A DNA stretch of 64,000 nucleotides from Antedon mediterranea (GCF_964355755.1 NC_092670.1:33840388-33904387); one strand, 5' to 3'; counted from the first letter of the stretch, positions 13,173-26,370 are shown. Notes: generated by a model not told the origin, from the letters alone. Numbers and translations: made by a program.

Positions 13173-16100
13173 ATGCATCTCAAGACCATTATATTCCTGG
13201 TGTGTTTATTTACAATTAATAAGGTAAGAAACGCAACACCGGGACGGGACGTCACGCAACGTAAGTGATTTGACCACTAACAAGCGATGTCGCTTGTCAT
13301 TGGTCAACCAATGCAATCTAACAACACGGACACAAACGTGGTCTTTTAATTCGTATTTAGTACCAAGGCAATCTAATAACAATTTACTTAGCTCACCTTA
13401 CCAAGAACTCCTAATAGTCTGTTGATATTATGTCTGGTTGCGACAAAATACCAACAGTACCGTCCTGTACTATGTACATATTTATCCGTGGCGGTAAGTG
13501 TTTGGTAACATTTATTTGACAAATAATAAACATAATCTATATATAAATTTACGTAAGGGCAAAATTCGGTAAATCGCGCCTTACTTCTAGAATTTTTACT
13601 CGATTGTATATAAAGTTGGTTCGTACTTTCGGTACTGATTTTAACCACCTGATGTAACCCTGTTTACTAATTAAATTAAGTTAGATAATTAGTTATTGAC
13701 GATTAAAACGAATTTAGGTTCAACGATTTGCCCCAAATAGGGGTGTTTTCCGATCGTGGTATACACTGTCTAATGGATGTCCATCTTGAAAAAATACCCG
13801 CCACAAAAATGCGAGGAGGCTTCGCATTTTCCTATCTCCTCCTACGATAATTGTTTTTAATAGCTGAAAACCAGAGTACAGCATCATAATGTTGAAAACA
13901 GGCCGGTTTTCTTTAAAAAATGCTATTTTGATACATGTAATACGTTTTTACAAATGTATTGATTTGTGATGAATGGAACATTCCAAATTATTTGGTTTAA
14001 CCATAGAGGTATAGATTTAGATTTATGGGCCCCCTTGGAGAATAAACATAAATAGTATTGCAATGCTGTACAATACTGTTAAGGTATTAACCACTTTTAA
14101 TCGCATATTTGAATCGCAAATTTCTTACTGTGAGTGTTGGTACTGTTAGATATAATATCAACAAATATACAAATAAACTTTATTACTGTGAGTGTGGGTA
14201 GGCCCTACTGTTAACATATAATATACAAATAAATAAACGTTATTACTGACAGTTGCTTCTCAACGTTTGTATTAATTAATAATTTAAAAATATATAAACG
14301 TCGTAGTGGTGTATCGTTACATGTACTTTACTATTTCAATCGACTATGACAGACACAGTTTTAACAAAGTATTAAATCGTAAATGTTTTACTGTATTTAG
14401 TGGTATATTATTTATAGGCCTATAAAACATTAAAAACAATATTTCGTTACTGAGTGGATAAGAATATTTTTAAAATGTTTCCTCTTTGTACCTTCTTCTC
14501 CCATCCCTCAACCCTTAATGTTACATACAAAACACAAAGTTGGTTTGTTTAAATGAGTCCAAATAAAAAAAATTGACTCATTTTGTTTCTCTCTCTCTCG
14601 GAAGTAATTCCCAGGGTGCTAATTTTGGTTGACTACATAAATCATTGTGTATATTTATTCGTTTCTGTAAACGACAATGTATTATAGTCCTGCAGTACGT
14701 ACATTTGAAATCTCCATTTTTGTCTCGCTGGAAATACTGTGTATTCGAGAACCATCTGTGGGCACGACCTAGATGGTACGCGAGCGAAGCGAGCGTGCCA
14801 TCTAGTAATAATAATTTGAAGATAATATAATGGAAACAAAAAATATTATTTGTCAATAATAACAACATAAATAATAAATCAAGTTAAACAATACATTTGG
14901 ATACAATGAAATGTTCTTATCGGTCTAGATCATAATTAGAAGTTCAATGAATGAATTCTCAAAATGACCCAGGGACGGATACAATAATATAATAATAATT
15001 TGATGTTCAAAAGTTTGACGTATTCAGCGAATGATTAAAAGAAGATTTAATAAAAAGAATTGTTTGCTCAGAAACTATAAACCCAATAATATTAATTATA
15101 CTTAGATAAAATGTGACGTTTAACATGCTTTTTAAAAAGTAGAATATTTCTATATATAAAACAAGGTTGCATCAAGCTCATTCCATAGTTTATGACCAGC
15201 AACACTTATAAATAATTGAATCTTAGTAAGTTTGGTAAATGGAACATGAAGTGTGCGTGGATTCCTTAAATTATATTTGAGATATGGCTGATATTTGGGA
15301 AACAAAATATTAGAAAGTGGCGTGGAACTGATCGTGACACAGCCACAGATAAACAATCTCCGGATCCCTGTTGTTAGATTGCATTGGGTCAACTCACTTG
15401 AGCTGCATCTACGTCCTTGCGTTGGGTCTGGGAGATACGCTTAACATATAAAAAGCATTTACTGTCATTTTATGGATTGTGATCAACCACAATGTACATG
15501 GTATGAAGAACCCACTGATACGCGTTTTTAATTATTATATATACTAGAGGGTGAGACGATGGTTCTCGGAATGATAATGACTGTAAAAAGGACGTTCTCA
15601 TTGTACGTTTTCTGTCGGTTACCATTATTGATAATTCTTGACATTCGTAAAACTAAACCTGCTCTGTTTCACAGTGTCTTAGATGATTAATAACATTTTA
15701 AAGTAGGCCTATAGTGTATATTGTTTGGTAGGGCCCTTATAGTGCCGAGGTGGGGAGGTGGAATTCATTTGAGGGAGGTGCTTATTCAAGGGATATGTTT
15801 AATTTTTTAGTTTTAGTAATATGGTAACATTTATAATCAAATAAAATCCTCTAATAGATATATGAAAAGTGGTAAAAAAAGAATAACAAATGCTTGGTAA
15901 ATTGTAGAAAACAGTGCGATGAATTCAACTACAAATAGTATCATTGTTTTACTATAAATATATATATATAATACAATGTGTATAAATGTGGATGGTATTT
16001 ATTAGATAGTTGGGTTTGGGGGGAGCGATTATTATTCAAAGTGATGTTTTATTGGGGAGGCGTTTATTAAAATAAATGTCAAATGTTTGGTAAATTACAT

Positions 16101-16943
16101 CTAAGATAGATAAGGTAGGTATCCAAGGCGGAGATTTATACCGAAGTTTTTCCATTGTGCTCGCCTATGTCAGAATTAACCATAATTTATATATAGCTAT
16201 AGCTTTTGTTTTTCGAATGATATACTTACATTTTGAGGAATTCCCATAATTCCAGACACAGTCGCACAACGCGTTTGAAAGGGCCATTGACGATAAAGAC
16301 ACTGGCGGCACTTGTTTCGTAGATAGGCTTCTGGAAAAATTGTCTGAGGCTTTAGCGGAACAGCAGCAACAACAGACGAAACAAATCCTTGACAAAATAG
16401 AAGAAGTGGAGGAGAAGGTGGACGACATAAGGAAATGCACGTGTTCTGGTAATTAATGTCAAATTATTATTACTATAATTCTTAATAATGAAATCATCAG
16501 TTATTGCAAACAAGGATTGCCATATACAGTACATTATCATCGGCCATCATCTTTTTGCTTAAGTTTTACAAACAGAAATTGACTGAACGAACATATTATG
16601 TACTGTATAATAATACTTACTATGTTATTTTATTGTAGAGCGCTATGGCGTGTTCCACTTGGCGGTTGGTCGGTATACGCTGAATTTCGAACAAGCCAAA
16701 CAAATATGCATTGACAACGGTGCAGTAATCGCCACTGTTGAACAGTTAAAAGCAGCACAATCGTTTGGCTTTGACCAATGCAGCGCTGGGTGGTTATCAG
16801 ACGGCAGCGTTCGATACCCGATCACAATGCCACGACCGGGATGCGGAGGAGACGGACCTCCTGGCATCAAAAGCTGGGGGAACCCCGCTAAGACTAACAC
16901 TTACGATGTTTATTGTTTTAAGAAAGAAAAACAGCAACAATAA
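13173..16943 (+). CDS. Secreted coiled-coil + single Link module protein B, 182 aa; join(13173..13223,16256..16448,16639..16943)
   Basis: Exons 2-3 are paralogous to gene A with the same intron phases (FERA..., TKQILD.IEEV.E.V.D..KCTCS, Link module). Candidate exon 1 [17 protein letters not shown]|GTAAGA is hydrophobic and phase 0; this exon is less certain. Confidence 0.8.
13536..14805 (+). mobile_element. Complete non-autonomous Helitron (~1.27 kb) in intron 1 of Link gene B
   Basis: 5' A|TCTATATATA; 3' GC-rich hairpin TAGATGGTACGC-GAGCGAAGCGA-GCGTGCCATCTA ending CTAG|T. Inserted between A and T with no TSD. Confidence 0.82.
15060..15300 (-). mobile_element. Short 3' relic of an L2/CR1-type LINE
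   Basis: [35 protein letters not shown] resembles the C-terminus of the 52598-53953 ORF (NYILRTSHLNIPFARLTKTKFFITISGPNLWNHI). Confidence 0.55.
15555..16195 (+). repeat. Copy of sequence found upstream of Link gene A (6737-7195 joined to 8200-8292)
   Basis: Shares GACGATGGTTCTCGGAATGATAAT... and AGATAGATAAGGTAGGTATCCAAGGCGGAGATTT...CTATGTCAGAATTAACCATAA. Confidence 0.75.
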
Positions 16944-17104
16944 ACATAAAATATGAATAATATTACATAATGTTGATCCAATATCTGATGTGTCTTTACT
17001 TTCTTCTTTAGTTTAACATTGATTTAAATACATATTCTGTTTATTTTCTTTGTATGTGTACGTATTTACGATTGGTAAAGGCTTGTTACCTTCCTTTGAC
17101 TTCA

Positions 17105-17750
17105 GGACATTGTCCCCCGGTATTTATCTCCCCGGACATTTTCCCCTCGTGACATTTTCCCCCGCACCGTTTTCGCCACAGCGTTATATTTCATCATTAT
17201 TTTTTTTTAATCTAATTTGTTAAGAGCCGAATAAGACATCATTACACAACTCAAGGACTGATAGTATTTTAAACAGATTTTACTGTTACTGTTTCTATAA
17301 AAATGTAGTATTGTTAGATATTAACTGGTTGTTCAAAGTACACAAATTAATAAGTGTATTTTCTTTCATTATCTATATATCTATATAACAAATAAACACA
17401 ATAGCAAAAGAAATGACAAAAGCGTAGGCAAAACCAAAGGTAACATGCAATGTTTATCAAAAATGATTCATCTTTGTTTAAAGAGACACATGTTAACGCT
17501 GTAAATATAGTATTTATTGAGAAAAACCATGAACAACTTGAGGGAGTGGCATTAATGATAAGATGAAAAGCTTTATTGGAAACTATACTATATCAATACT
17601 GTTGATGAGTTTACTCTTTACTCTTCAGAAAAATTGTGTTTGAATAATGATAAAATATAATGCTGTGGGGTTTAATGGGAGAGGGGGATATCCAGTGGGA
17701 AAATACAGGGAGAAAATGTCCGGGGGTGGGAGAAAATGTCTTGGTGGAAA
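17105..17750. mobile_element. Degenerate MITE with GGACATTTTCCCC subterminal repeats
   Basis: Left array GGACATT(G/T)TCCCC x3-4; inverted GGGAGAAAATGTCC array at 17708-17740. Confidence 0.5.
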
Positions 17751-19597
17751 CCAGCCCCTCCTCCCGTTAGGAACGTAGGCCTATTTATTTAATTGATTAT
17801 TTTCATTGACATTTCAAGCAAATGCAATGTTTGCACCTAGTATACTTAACCCATAATAAATATAAACTAAATCGATAAAGTTGTATTTGTATATCATTTT
17901 CGATTATAAAATGTACATCTCTGTTTGTAAACGGAAAAATATACGACACGTTAAAACAATATTTTATCCCTATATTGGTTGAATGTTCCAAAAGTGTAAA
18001 TATTTCAAAATTTACTAAGGCCACGTAAATGGTTTTATATTTGAATACCGGCGGAAGGGTGTCTACCCCAGCAAAGGAAAAGTAAAACATTGTGGCCAAT
18101 TCCAAAGCTGTTGAATTGGCCAAGTCATTAACATTAACATTGTCATTTATATAGCCCCTTTACATTGATCAAAACGCTTTACAAGTCATTTACCTTTATA
18201 ACTTAAACAAAAAACAATAAATATTCCGACATTAATTATATGCCACCTAATCATAATTATCCTATAAAATCGATACTTTTGTTATGTTATTCATTTTAAA
18301 AACAATAAACATATAATAAACGTGGTATGAGTAAAGAGTAATGCCAGTCATTGGCATCAGTTGTAGCAGTACGAACTTTCTATTTGCAACAACCAAGAAC
18401 CAAAACTTCGTCGTCTGAACTTACAATCAGCCGTGTCGAGTAATCAAGTGAATTAAGATCTCAATGCTCTCTAGCATGCGTAGGCCTACAATACATTATC
18501 GTGACTAGGTCCTTGTGGGTCGTCCTAAATATGGAAGGCTCCCTTTCACGTCATCTACCGTATCTCTCTACGGATGGGTACCACGATCATCCTTTCTATA
18601 AGTTAATAAACCCTTCATATTATAACAAGAGCAATCAGAGAGTTGCAACATTCGCAAAACCAGGAATAAAAAGGAGAATCAAGAATCGTCGATAATTAGG
18701 ATCCTGGTCCGGATTCCCTCCAAAATGTAATATAAGAGTCTTCCACTGTGGTTTAAATGTGGTAAAGATCCGTCTTTTAATTATCCTGCTAACAGACAAA
18801 CACCCGAACACCACTTCCCTCCCCACCACACCCACCTAGTGTACACACGCCCACATATCTCAGACAAAAATACAACATCTTTGACGTAGGAAATACATTG
18901 CACAGACAGCATGCTGCGATTAACCATCATGTATTTCGGTATACGGTACAGCCTAAAAAACGGGGAAATAAACCTAGGAAGTGATTAAGGTACAATTTTC
19001 CACATTAAACATCATCATTGAGCAGTTTAACAATTGCAGATATTGAAGACCTCAACATTTCAGTACTATTCAATAACGTTCTTCTCGTCTTGCTTCAAAT
19101 GCGTCATATTTACCAGACATAAATATGAGGGAAAGCTAACAACCGAACATTGACCTGTGTGTATGTAAATTGTTTTACTATCCTTTATAGACAATCTCGC
19201 ATTCTTTAATTACATATGACTACATGTTTATTTGTTTAAAAGGTGTTTGTAAGGACCAATTTCAACCGGATTATATTATTAAGATAAGACAGATATGTTT
19301 GCCATTTCTTTTCCTTTTTTTCTGTTCTGATTAATATATTTGGGTCAAGCCTTTCTGTTGCGATCATAAATGACGGATAAATAATACTTCGGATTTACGT
19401 TAATATGTATTGATTATGTTTACAATGTGTTTATTGCGTCTAATTTAAACAGATTGAAAATTAAGATAACCGAAATGCCTGTCTCCGTCCCTGAATAATA
19501 TATTTAGGTCAAGCCTTTCTTTTGCGAGCATATATAAATGATGTTAAACCAGTCGAACATTACTTCTGATTCAAGAAGCATTGCGTTATTCCAAAAA

Positions 19598-22500
19598 ATG
19601 AATCGCTTAACTGTGTTAGTGTTGCTTCTCTGCTTTACTCTACATGGCTCTAGATCTGGTAAGTTTTTAGCTTATAGTCTACTTTTAGGCCTGCTTGGAA
19701 TTTGCTTGGTACGTCTACTTGTATAGGCCTTGACAGACACTAGATGGGTATAGTCTTAAATATTCCATTAGGAATTCTAGCAAAAGAGACTCATTATGTT
19801 ATTTCTTACTTAAAAAAGCATTGTAAACCATATAACGTTGTATGTATATTTTATAATACAACTTTAATATATAATATTCCTCCAGCAAGCGTGCAAGAAC
19901 AATTAGATAAAACAACAAGTATTAAAAAAGCAGATGATAAAAAACAAACGATCGAAAAGGTTGACGAAGAAGTAAGTGACGTTATAACCGAAAATGGTGT
20001 TGCAGAAACAAGTAATGAAATTCGAACAGTCGATGAAAATGCTGAAAACTCAGACGATGTAAAAGAAATAAAGGCCGAAGACAGTTTAGCAGAAAAAGCA
20101 GGTAAACACAATGAGAATTTAACCTTAATGCAAAACTTACTCTGACAATGCTTCTAAAATAGTTCCCCGACACATAACCATTTGTCATGCTTCTTTCCTA
20201 AAACTGAAAACGATAAAAGAGTTGCTAAACGATTTTATACGATCATTGCATTTTTTCGTAGGTCAGGTTTGAACTCAATTCACTCTGCATCTTGGATTGG
20301 CTACGACAAATTCATACTAATTTCTGTAAAGTCCGTAATTTCTGATTTATATTTTTTGGGGATTTAATAGTAATTTTAATTTGACAATATTTGTGTCTCA
20401 ATTAAATTTTTCCTATTGTTAAAGATATATTGTGCCCCTGAAAAAAAAATGGTTTTAATAGTTACGATACTCATCAAAAATTGGATAAAGAAAATTATTT
20501 ACCTAAAAAACTGTAATAGCAAAAATAGTCAAAGTGACTGGAAGTTAAAGGGTTTTGGTTAAATGTAACTGTGAAAACAATATTACTTTATAATTTTTAT
20601 TTATACTGAAGTGATTAACTTATTAAAACTGCGAAATGTCCTATCTACCTTTTTTTTTTATTAATCTTTATTTTTTATGTATTTGGGGGGGGGGGAGGGG
20701 AGACAACACAAATTATTAAACATGACAAGTAAAAATATCATGAACTAAAGAAATAGAGGCCGAAGACAGTTTAGCAGAAAAAGCAGGTAAACAAAATATA
20801 AATTTAACCTTAGTGCAAAGGTTACTCTGACAATGCTTCCCGACACATTTGTCATGCTTTTTACCTAAAACTGAAAACTATCAAAGAGTTGCTAACAGAT
20901 TTGATACCATCATGGATAAAAATCATGAACTACAGTTATGAAATTATGGAAAACACGTAAAATTTAGAGCAAAATTCTGAAAAAATATATTTTCATTTCA
21001 GAAGCTTTGGAAAGTCAACTAGTACAAAAGAGCGTAACTAAAGGTAATGTATTTTATATAGTTTTAAACAAACAGATAGCAACAATCCATGTTGAATTAC
21101 TGTTTACTGCAAAAGTTTTAACTAATAATATATGTATTTTTATGTAGGCAGTGGCGTAACGCAGAGGCCCGAGGCCCCCGGTTTAGGAATCCTAAATGGC
21201 TCTCCAATTCTGGAAGCTGGGTGTTTTTAGCTTTTTCGACATATTTTAATTCCTCTGGGCACTGCTCAGGGGCCTCCATAAGCTCCGGAGCCCCTGAGTA
21301 TAGCCAGTGAGCGCTTATATCCGTTACGCCACCGATGTAGGAACACTGCCGAGCAACGTTTTTGTCAAGATTGATCTTCGACCGAATGTTGCTTCTCTGT
21401 TTTTCTTTCTATGAGAAACAATTTACCTTATCCTGTCAACTTCTTTTTATTTTCATTTATTGTTAAATATAAAAAGACACAATACAATAATTGTTGTTTT
21501 GCAAAAGAGTACAATATTTAATGTAAAATCTACTGTGTTACATGTGTTTTTTATTTTTTTATTGCTATTTAAAGGATGCCCAAGTTACTGGACATCATAT
21601 AAGGGAAGCTGTTATAGATACTTTAATAGCCCGACAAATTGGCAAACAGCTAGATCTCGATGCAAGAGTTACGGAGCTGATCTTACTGTCATCAAGGATA
21701 TCTATGAAAATAACTTCATCGGTAGCCTTATTGTACAAAGCTCATGGATTGGTTTGAAGGAAGTTTCGAAAGGATCCTTTTCTTGGGTAGAAACTGGCGA
21801 AAGTTCAACTTATAAAAGTAAGAACGAATATATACTTAAGGTATACAATCATTTTTGAAAGACAGTTTTAAAAATATATGAAACAGGGAAAAAATAAAGA
21901 TAACTGTTACGGTATACAATTTAAATCACTCACATCTGTTACGTTATCTTTAAAATTCTAAATTGAGGGAATCTTAATTTTGTTTAAATCTTATATAAAC
22001 ATTATGTATATTGTAAAGTTTGTTAACAAAGAGCGAGAGTTGGAAAAAGAAAATGATCATGTATTAAAGTATAATAATAAAATAATAATTTATTTATTAA
22101 AATATTAAGAATTACAATAAGAGTAGGCCCCCAGAAAGACAAATATACATGACAGTGCACCAATAGATACTAATGGCAAGATATAATAAAACATATTACT
22201 ATCTTTCCTTTCTTATTATTATTTTAAAGAGTTCAGAGCAGGTGAACCAAGCAATGTAGGGAATGGCTGTGTTGAACTTTACAAAGGCTATCAGTACACA
22301 TGGAATGACTTAAGCTGTAGCACTAACCTGCACTACGTGTGTGAATTATGTAAGTACAGTGGTACGATTTTTTTTTGTAAATGTCAGTTTGATTTGTTAC
22401 TTATTCTGTTTAGTATAGTTCTACTGAAAAGGAAAGTGATATTTCATGGTGATAATAAACGGTACAATTGAACGTTCAGAGGTTTGTAAACATTTTAAAA

Positions 22501-23931
22501 TTCGAACAAAATTTAACTAAACATCGATTCTGATTTATTTAAGTAGGCATACATAAACACTTTAGGTAAAATAAAAAAGTTAAATGTATAGTGCTTTTTG
22601 TAACAATTACCCTACCAAGAAAATGTTTTAAAAAGATAGATGATGCGTGGTACCTATTGATACAAGGCGGAATAATTACAGAGCATTTTAAAGGAATCAT
22701 TCTCAATACACATGCTACATATCTAACGTTCAACTCAATGTCATGTTTTATACAGCAGAACACACTGTTGATGTATTCGTGGGTACAACAACCAGAATTT
22801 CAGCTCTGTGTTCATCATCTTCTCAGAAGGCATACACTGGCGATTTCAACGGTGACGGTAACGGAGATGTGATGTGTCACAATACGGTCACGGGCTCAAA
22901 GCAAATATATTATGCAAGGTAACTAACAAATTCTGACCAATGCATTTGAGGAAAGCGATGCGCGTATTATAGTTTAAACTTTAATCTCTCATAATCAGAA
23001 AAAGTGTGCTTTCGGGAGATGTTCGCTTAATTTCTTCACTATAAACACAATAATGAAAATGAATGATGCAAGTAGTTTTTGAAAGACAAAAGATTTGTGT
23101 TTCATTTATGTGTGTTTTTGTGTCTTTTTTTTATTCAGTTGCAAAGGTACTTTCAATAGCCAGCAGTCCTGGACAAGTGGAATGGATTGGTGTCATCACA
23201 GCGGAGAACAACTGTTTATAGGCGATTTCAATCGTGATGGTCGATCTGATATGCTGTGCCAAGATAGGAAAACTGGTTACAGACGGATTAGCTATGCCCA
23301 ACGTCTAGGTGTATTCACCGGTACTACCTCGCATTATAACTATTATTGGTGTAAATATGATCAAATATTTGTAGCTGACTTCAATGGAGACGGCCGAGAT
23401 GACTTGTTGTGTCACAGTAGTAGCGCCAATAAATACACGCAGATTATATATGGCGGCACCAGTTCTAACGTAGGTTGGCAACTAAAAATGAATTGGTGCA
23501 CAGGTTCTGACAAACTTTTTACAGGAGATTTCAACGGAGATAGGAAGGCTGATTTACTCTGTCACTTGGCAAATGGGCACCTTGAGGTCATATTAGCATC
23601 CGCGACCGGCAAGTTTACTTTGTCAACAAAGAAGCATGTGCATACTGATTCATGGTGCAAATTGACGAATACTAAGCTTAGAATCGGGTATTTCAATAAA
23701 GATAGACGAGCCGATTTGATGTGCAGCGATGCGTCTGGCCCGAAATGGATTTCCTTTTCTGAAACCAGTGGTTTATTTACAACTATAGGGTGGCGGCGTA
23801 AGACGTCCTGGTGTACGTCCAGCAGTAACAAGCTGTTAATTGCCGATGTGAATGGAGATGGTGGCGACGATTTGCTGTGTGAAAGTTCATCCTTTGGCGT
23901 TAGGTACATATCTTTGAACAAAAGGTTTTAA
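19598..23931 (+). CDS. Secreted protein C: acidic stalk + C-type lectin domain + six Cys-containing FG-GAP/VCBS-like repeats, 545 aa; join(19598..19658,19886..20101,21002..21043,21575..21817,22230..22349,22756..22918,23139..23931)
   Basis: Signal peptide MNRLTVLVLLLCFTLHGSRS. CTLD: CPSYW..YKGSCY...W..AR..C...GADL...EN.FI...WIGL...EPS...CVEL...WND.SC...YVCE. Six (G/A)DFNxDGxxD-type loops, each flanked by WC and LC/MC. Total 1638 nt, in frame, all GT-AG. Confidence 0.85.
21149..21334. mobile_element. hAT-like MITE (CAGTGGCGTAAC TIR)
   Basis: CAGTGGCGTAAC...GTTACGCCACCG flanked by direct repeat ATGTAGG. A related inverted copy lies at 63410-63571. Confidence 0.75.
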
Positions 23932-25924
23932 GCATTTCTTATAATATGATGTACTTGATTAGGCCCTACCCAAATAAAATTCATGCTACTACACAGTAAG
24001 CTTATAAGCAATTTGATCAAAGTATAATGAAGAATAACAAGTTAACAAATTATAAATATTTCAATAGTTTAACGTAATATTCCCTTTGGGTGAAATTTCA
24101 AATTTAGATTTTATGAATCTTACTTAATCATTAAATTAAAGGAATGCGTAATTTCTATTATTATATAAATTTACGATTCCAGAACACAATTACTGAATAT
24201 AATTATAAAATACTAATGTTTAAAGTATAAGTTATATATTCATTTTATGCTTAACCAGTATCAATAAAATTAGCATTCAGCAACAAGTCATGTTCAAATT
24301 CTGTTTGTTGTGTTGTATCTACAGTCAAAATGTATACTTTATTTTGGGATAGGCGGAAAAAATGGAAAAACAATTGTGGATCATAAATAATTTCCAGATT
24401 CAAGCCCTCTCTGGGCAGTACAAAGTGTACGTTGTTTCGGGACGGTTAGGGAAATGACGACGATTCTGTGTTCACTAGAGCGTAACATAAACAGACGACA
24501 TAGCCGTTTTATTATTTACAGCAGTATCTTCCCCTCCACTGTTTTGTGGGGCCCTTCTGAATCGCTTGGCCCTGGTGGTAAGCCTACAAGGCTAGTTAGG
24601 GGCCTCGCATTCAAACGCCGCGCAAAATGTATTGCTTTTAACACATCCATTTTACTCAATAAAATGTTCTTTCGGTAAACAATTAAATTAAAGTTCAAAT
24701 GTTATTTAGAGTTTCGAAATTTCCACTTTTAATTTTAACTTGAACTTTATATTTAGGGTAAAATGTACCTTATTTCTAGTCGTAATAAACGGGAAAATGC
24801 CAACGTTATCGTCCCCAAAAATCGACCTTTGCGTATCTACAATATGAAACTATCTGATCCTATTGTCCTTGTTATTGGAAGCTGCCATTTTTAAGGGTCA
24901 CATGACATCAAACTGATATTTGATTGGCTGAGTTGCTAACTTCCAAACGAGAAAATCTTGATTTTTCAAACATTAGTATACATATCTCCATTGTTTTAGA
25001 TTTAATGTCAGAAGATTACATTCGTCCTCCCCAAGGAATATACTGGTCTCTGTTGGTCCGACACAGTAGATTACTGTAACAACACAACAATTCTATTTAA
25101 ATGGTGCAAAATTAGCATATGTTAGTGACCCTTCCTAACAGTTATACCAACAAAATCTGGAACAACTTTTCCAAACTTTACTTTTTATATTGTTTTTTCT
25201 TAGGTGACCATCTGTTACGAGCTATGCTTTTATTGGTCTTCCTTTCGTTCACAATGCTTCTTATCTTATCACCTGATTTATTTTTTGTGTTCTTGAAACA
25301 AACATTTTTTTCTACAACTTATAGGTACAGTGCGTATAGGTGTTTTCCACAAAATGGAACGTAAATTTTCAGTCACTGGTTCTCAAAATATATAATTTTC
25401 TCAGCAATGAAATTTCATAAAGAATTATAGCCCCATCATTTAAAAATTATTTCAAAAAAATTAAATTGAAGTAGTTTCCACCTCCCAAAACTTTATCTAA
25501 ATTTCTTCCATAACAATAATAACCCTAGCCAGTAATACAGTAATAATTCGAATAATTCGAATAAAAGTGTGAAGTATGTGTGTGTCGTGATTATCAGCAT
25601 AATCCAATATAGCACAATTATGTTTTTAGAGAACCGTTCACCTATATGACGTGCTAACACTTTACACTAACATGTTGTTGACTTTATATTATATTTTTTA
25701 TCTACATTAAGTAGGCACGGTTCCATAATATAACAGTATGTACACGTCACTACCCATAATCAAATACAATTATTTGATTGGCGATAATAAAATGTCAACG
25801 TGAGTTCATTCAGGGACGGTTACGTTATACTGTAGTACTACCGGGGCAATTTAACAACAGGATGCTGACCTCCTAAAATCAAAGGGTTTGTATGTGGCCA
25901 CGACACGACAGTTCCACACCCCTA

Positions 25925-26111
25925 AAGCGTGATTCCCACTAGCGAAGCAACGCAAGGACATAACGCAACGCAAGTGAATTGACCAATCACAAGCGATGGC
26001 TTATTCGCTTTTGATTGCTAACTACTGTCTATAACTTCGCTTGCCATTGGTTAAAACGCTTACGTTGCGTTTACGTCCTTGCGTTACGTTCTAGTGGGAA
26101 CCACCAAGCTT
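25925..26111. mobile_element. ~185-bp MITE, probably PIF/Harbinger-like (AAGCGTGGTTCCCACTAG TIR)
   Basis: Palindromic ends with TWA-type flanks. Near-identical copy at 38485-38666; decayed copies at ~13230-13340, 15310-15430, 32280-32420 and 60640-60770. Confidence 0.72.
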
Positions 26112-26370
26112 TAAGCGCGCGATGCGGAGAATATGTACATGGTACAGTAATGCTTGTATTTGTCGCAACCAGACCAGATAACTTTTACGAGTTCCTAGCT
26201 TGGCGAAACGTGCCCTGTTGTCATATTGCCTTGGTACTACACAGGTGTCCCTCGAATCAAAAGACCACTTTTGGAACTCAGATTTTAGTGGTTTTTAGTA
26301 GTTTTGGTCTCTGATTATAATCCCTCCAACAACTAAAGACAGGCATCTTTATTATTAATTACACGGTTTC

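Noticed and set aside
23095-23931. Integrin alpha subunit, or bacterial contamination (FG-GAP/VCBS repeats)
   Set aside because: No integrin leg or TM domains and only six repeats. The ORFs are terminal exons of spliced genes with eukaryotic signal-peptide exons.
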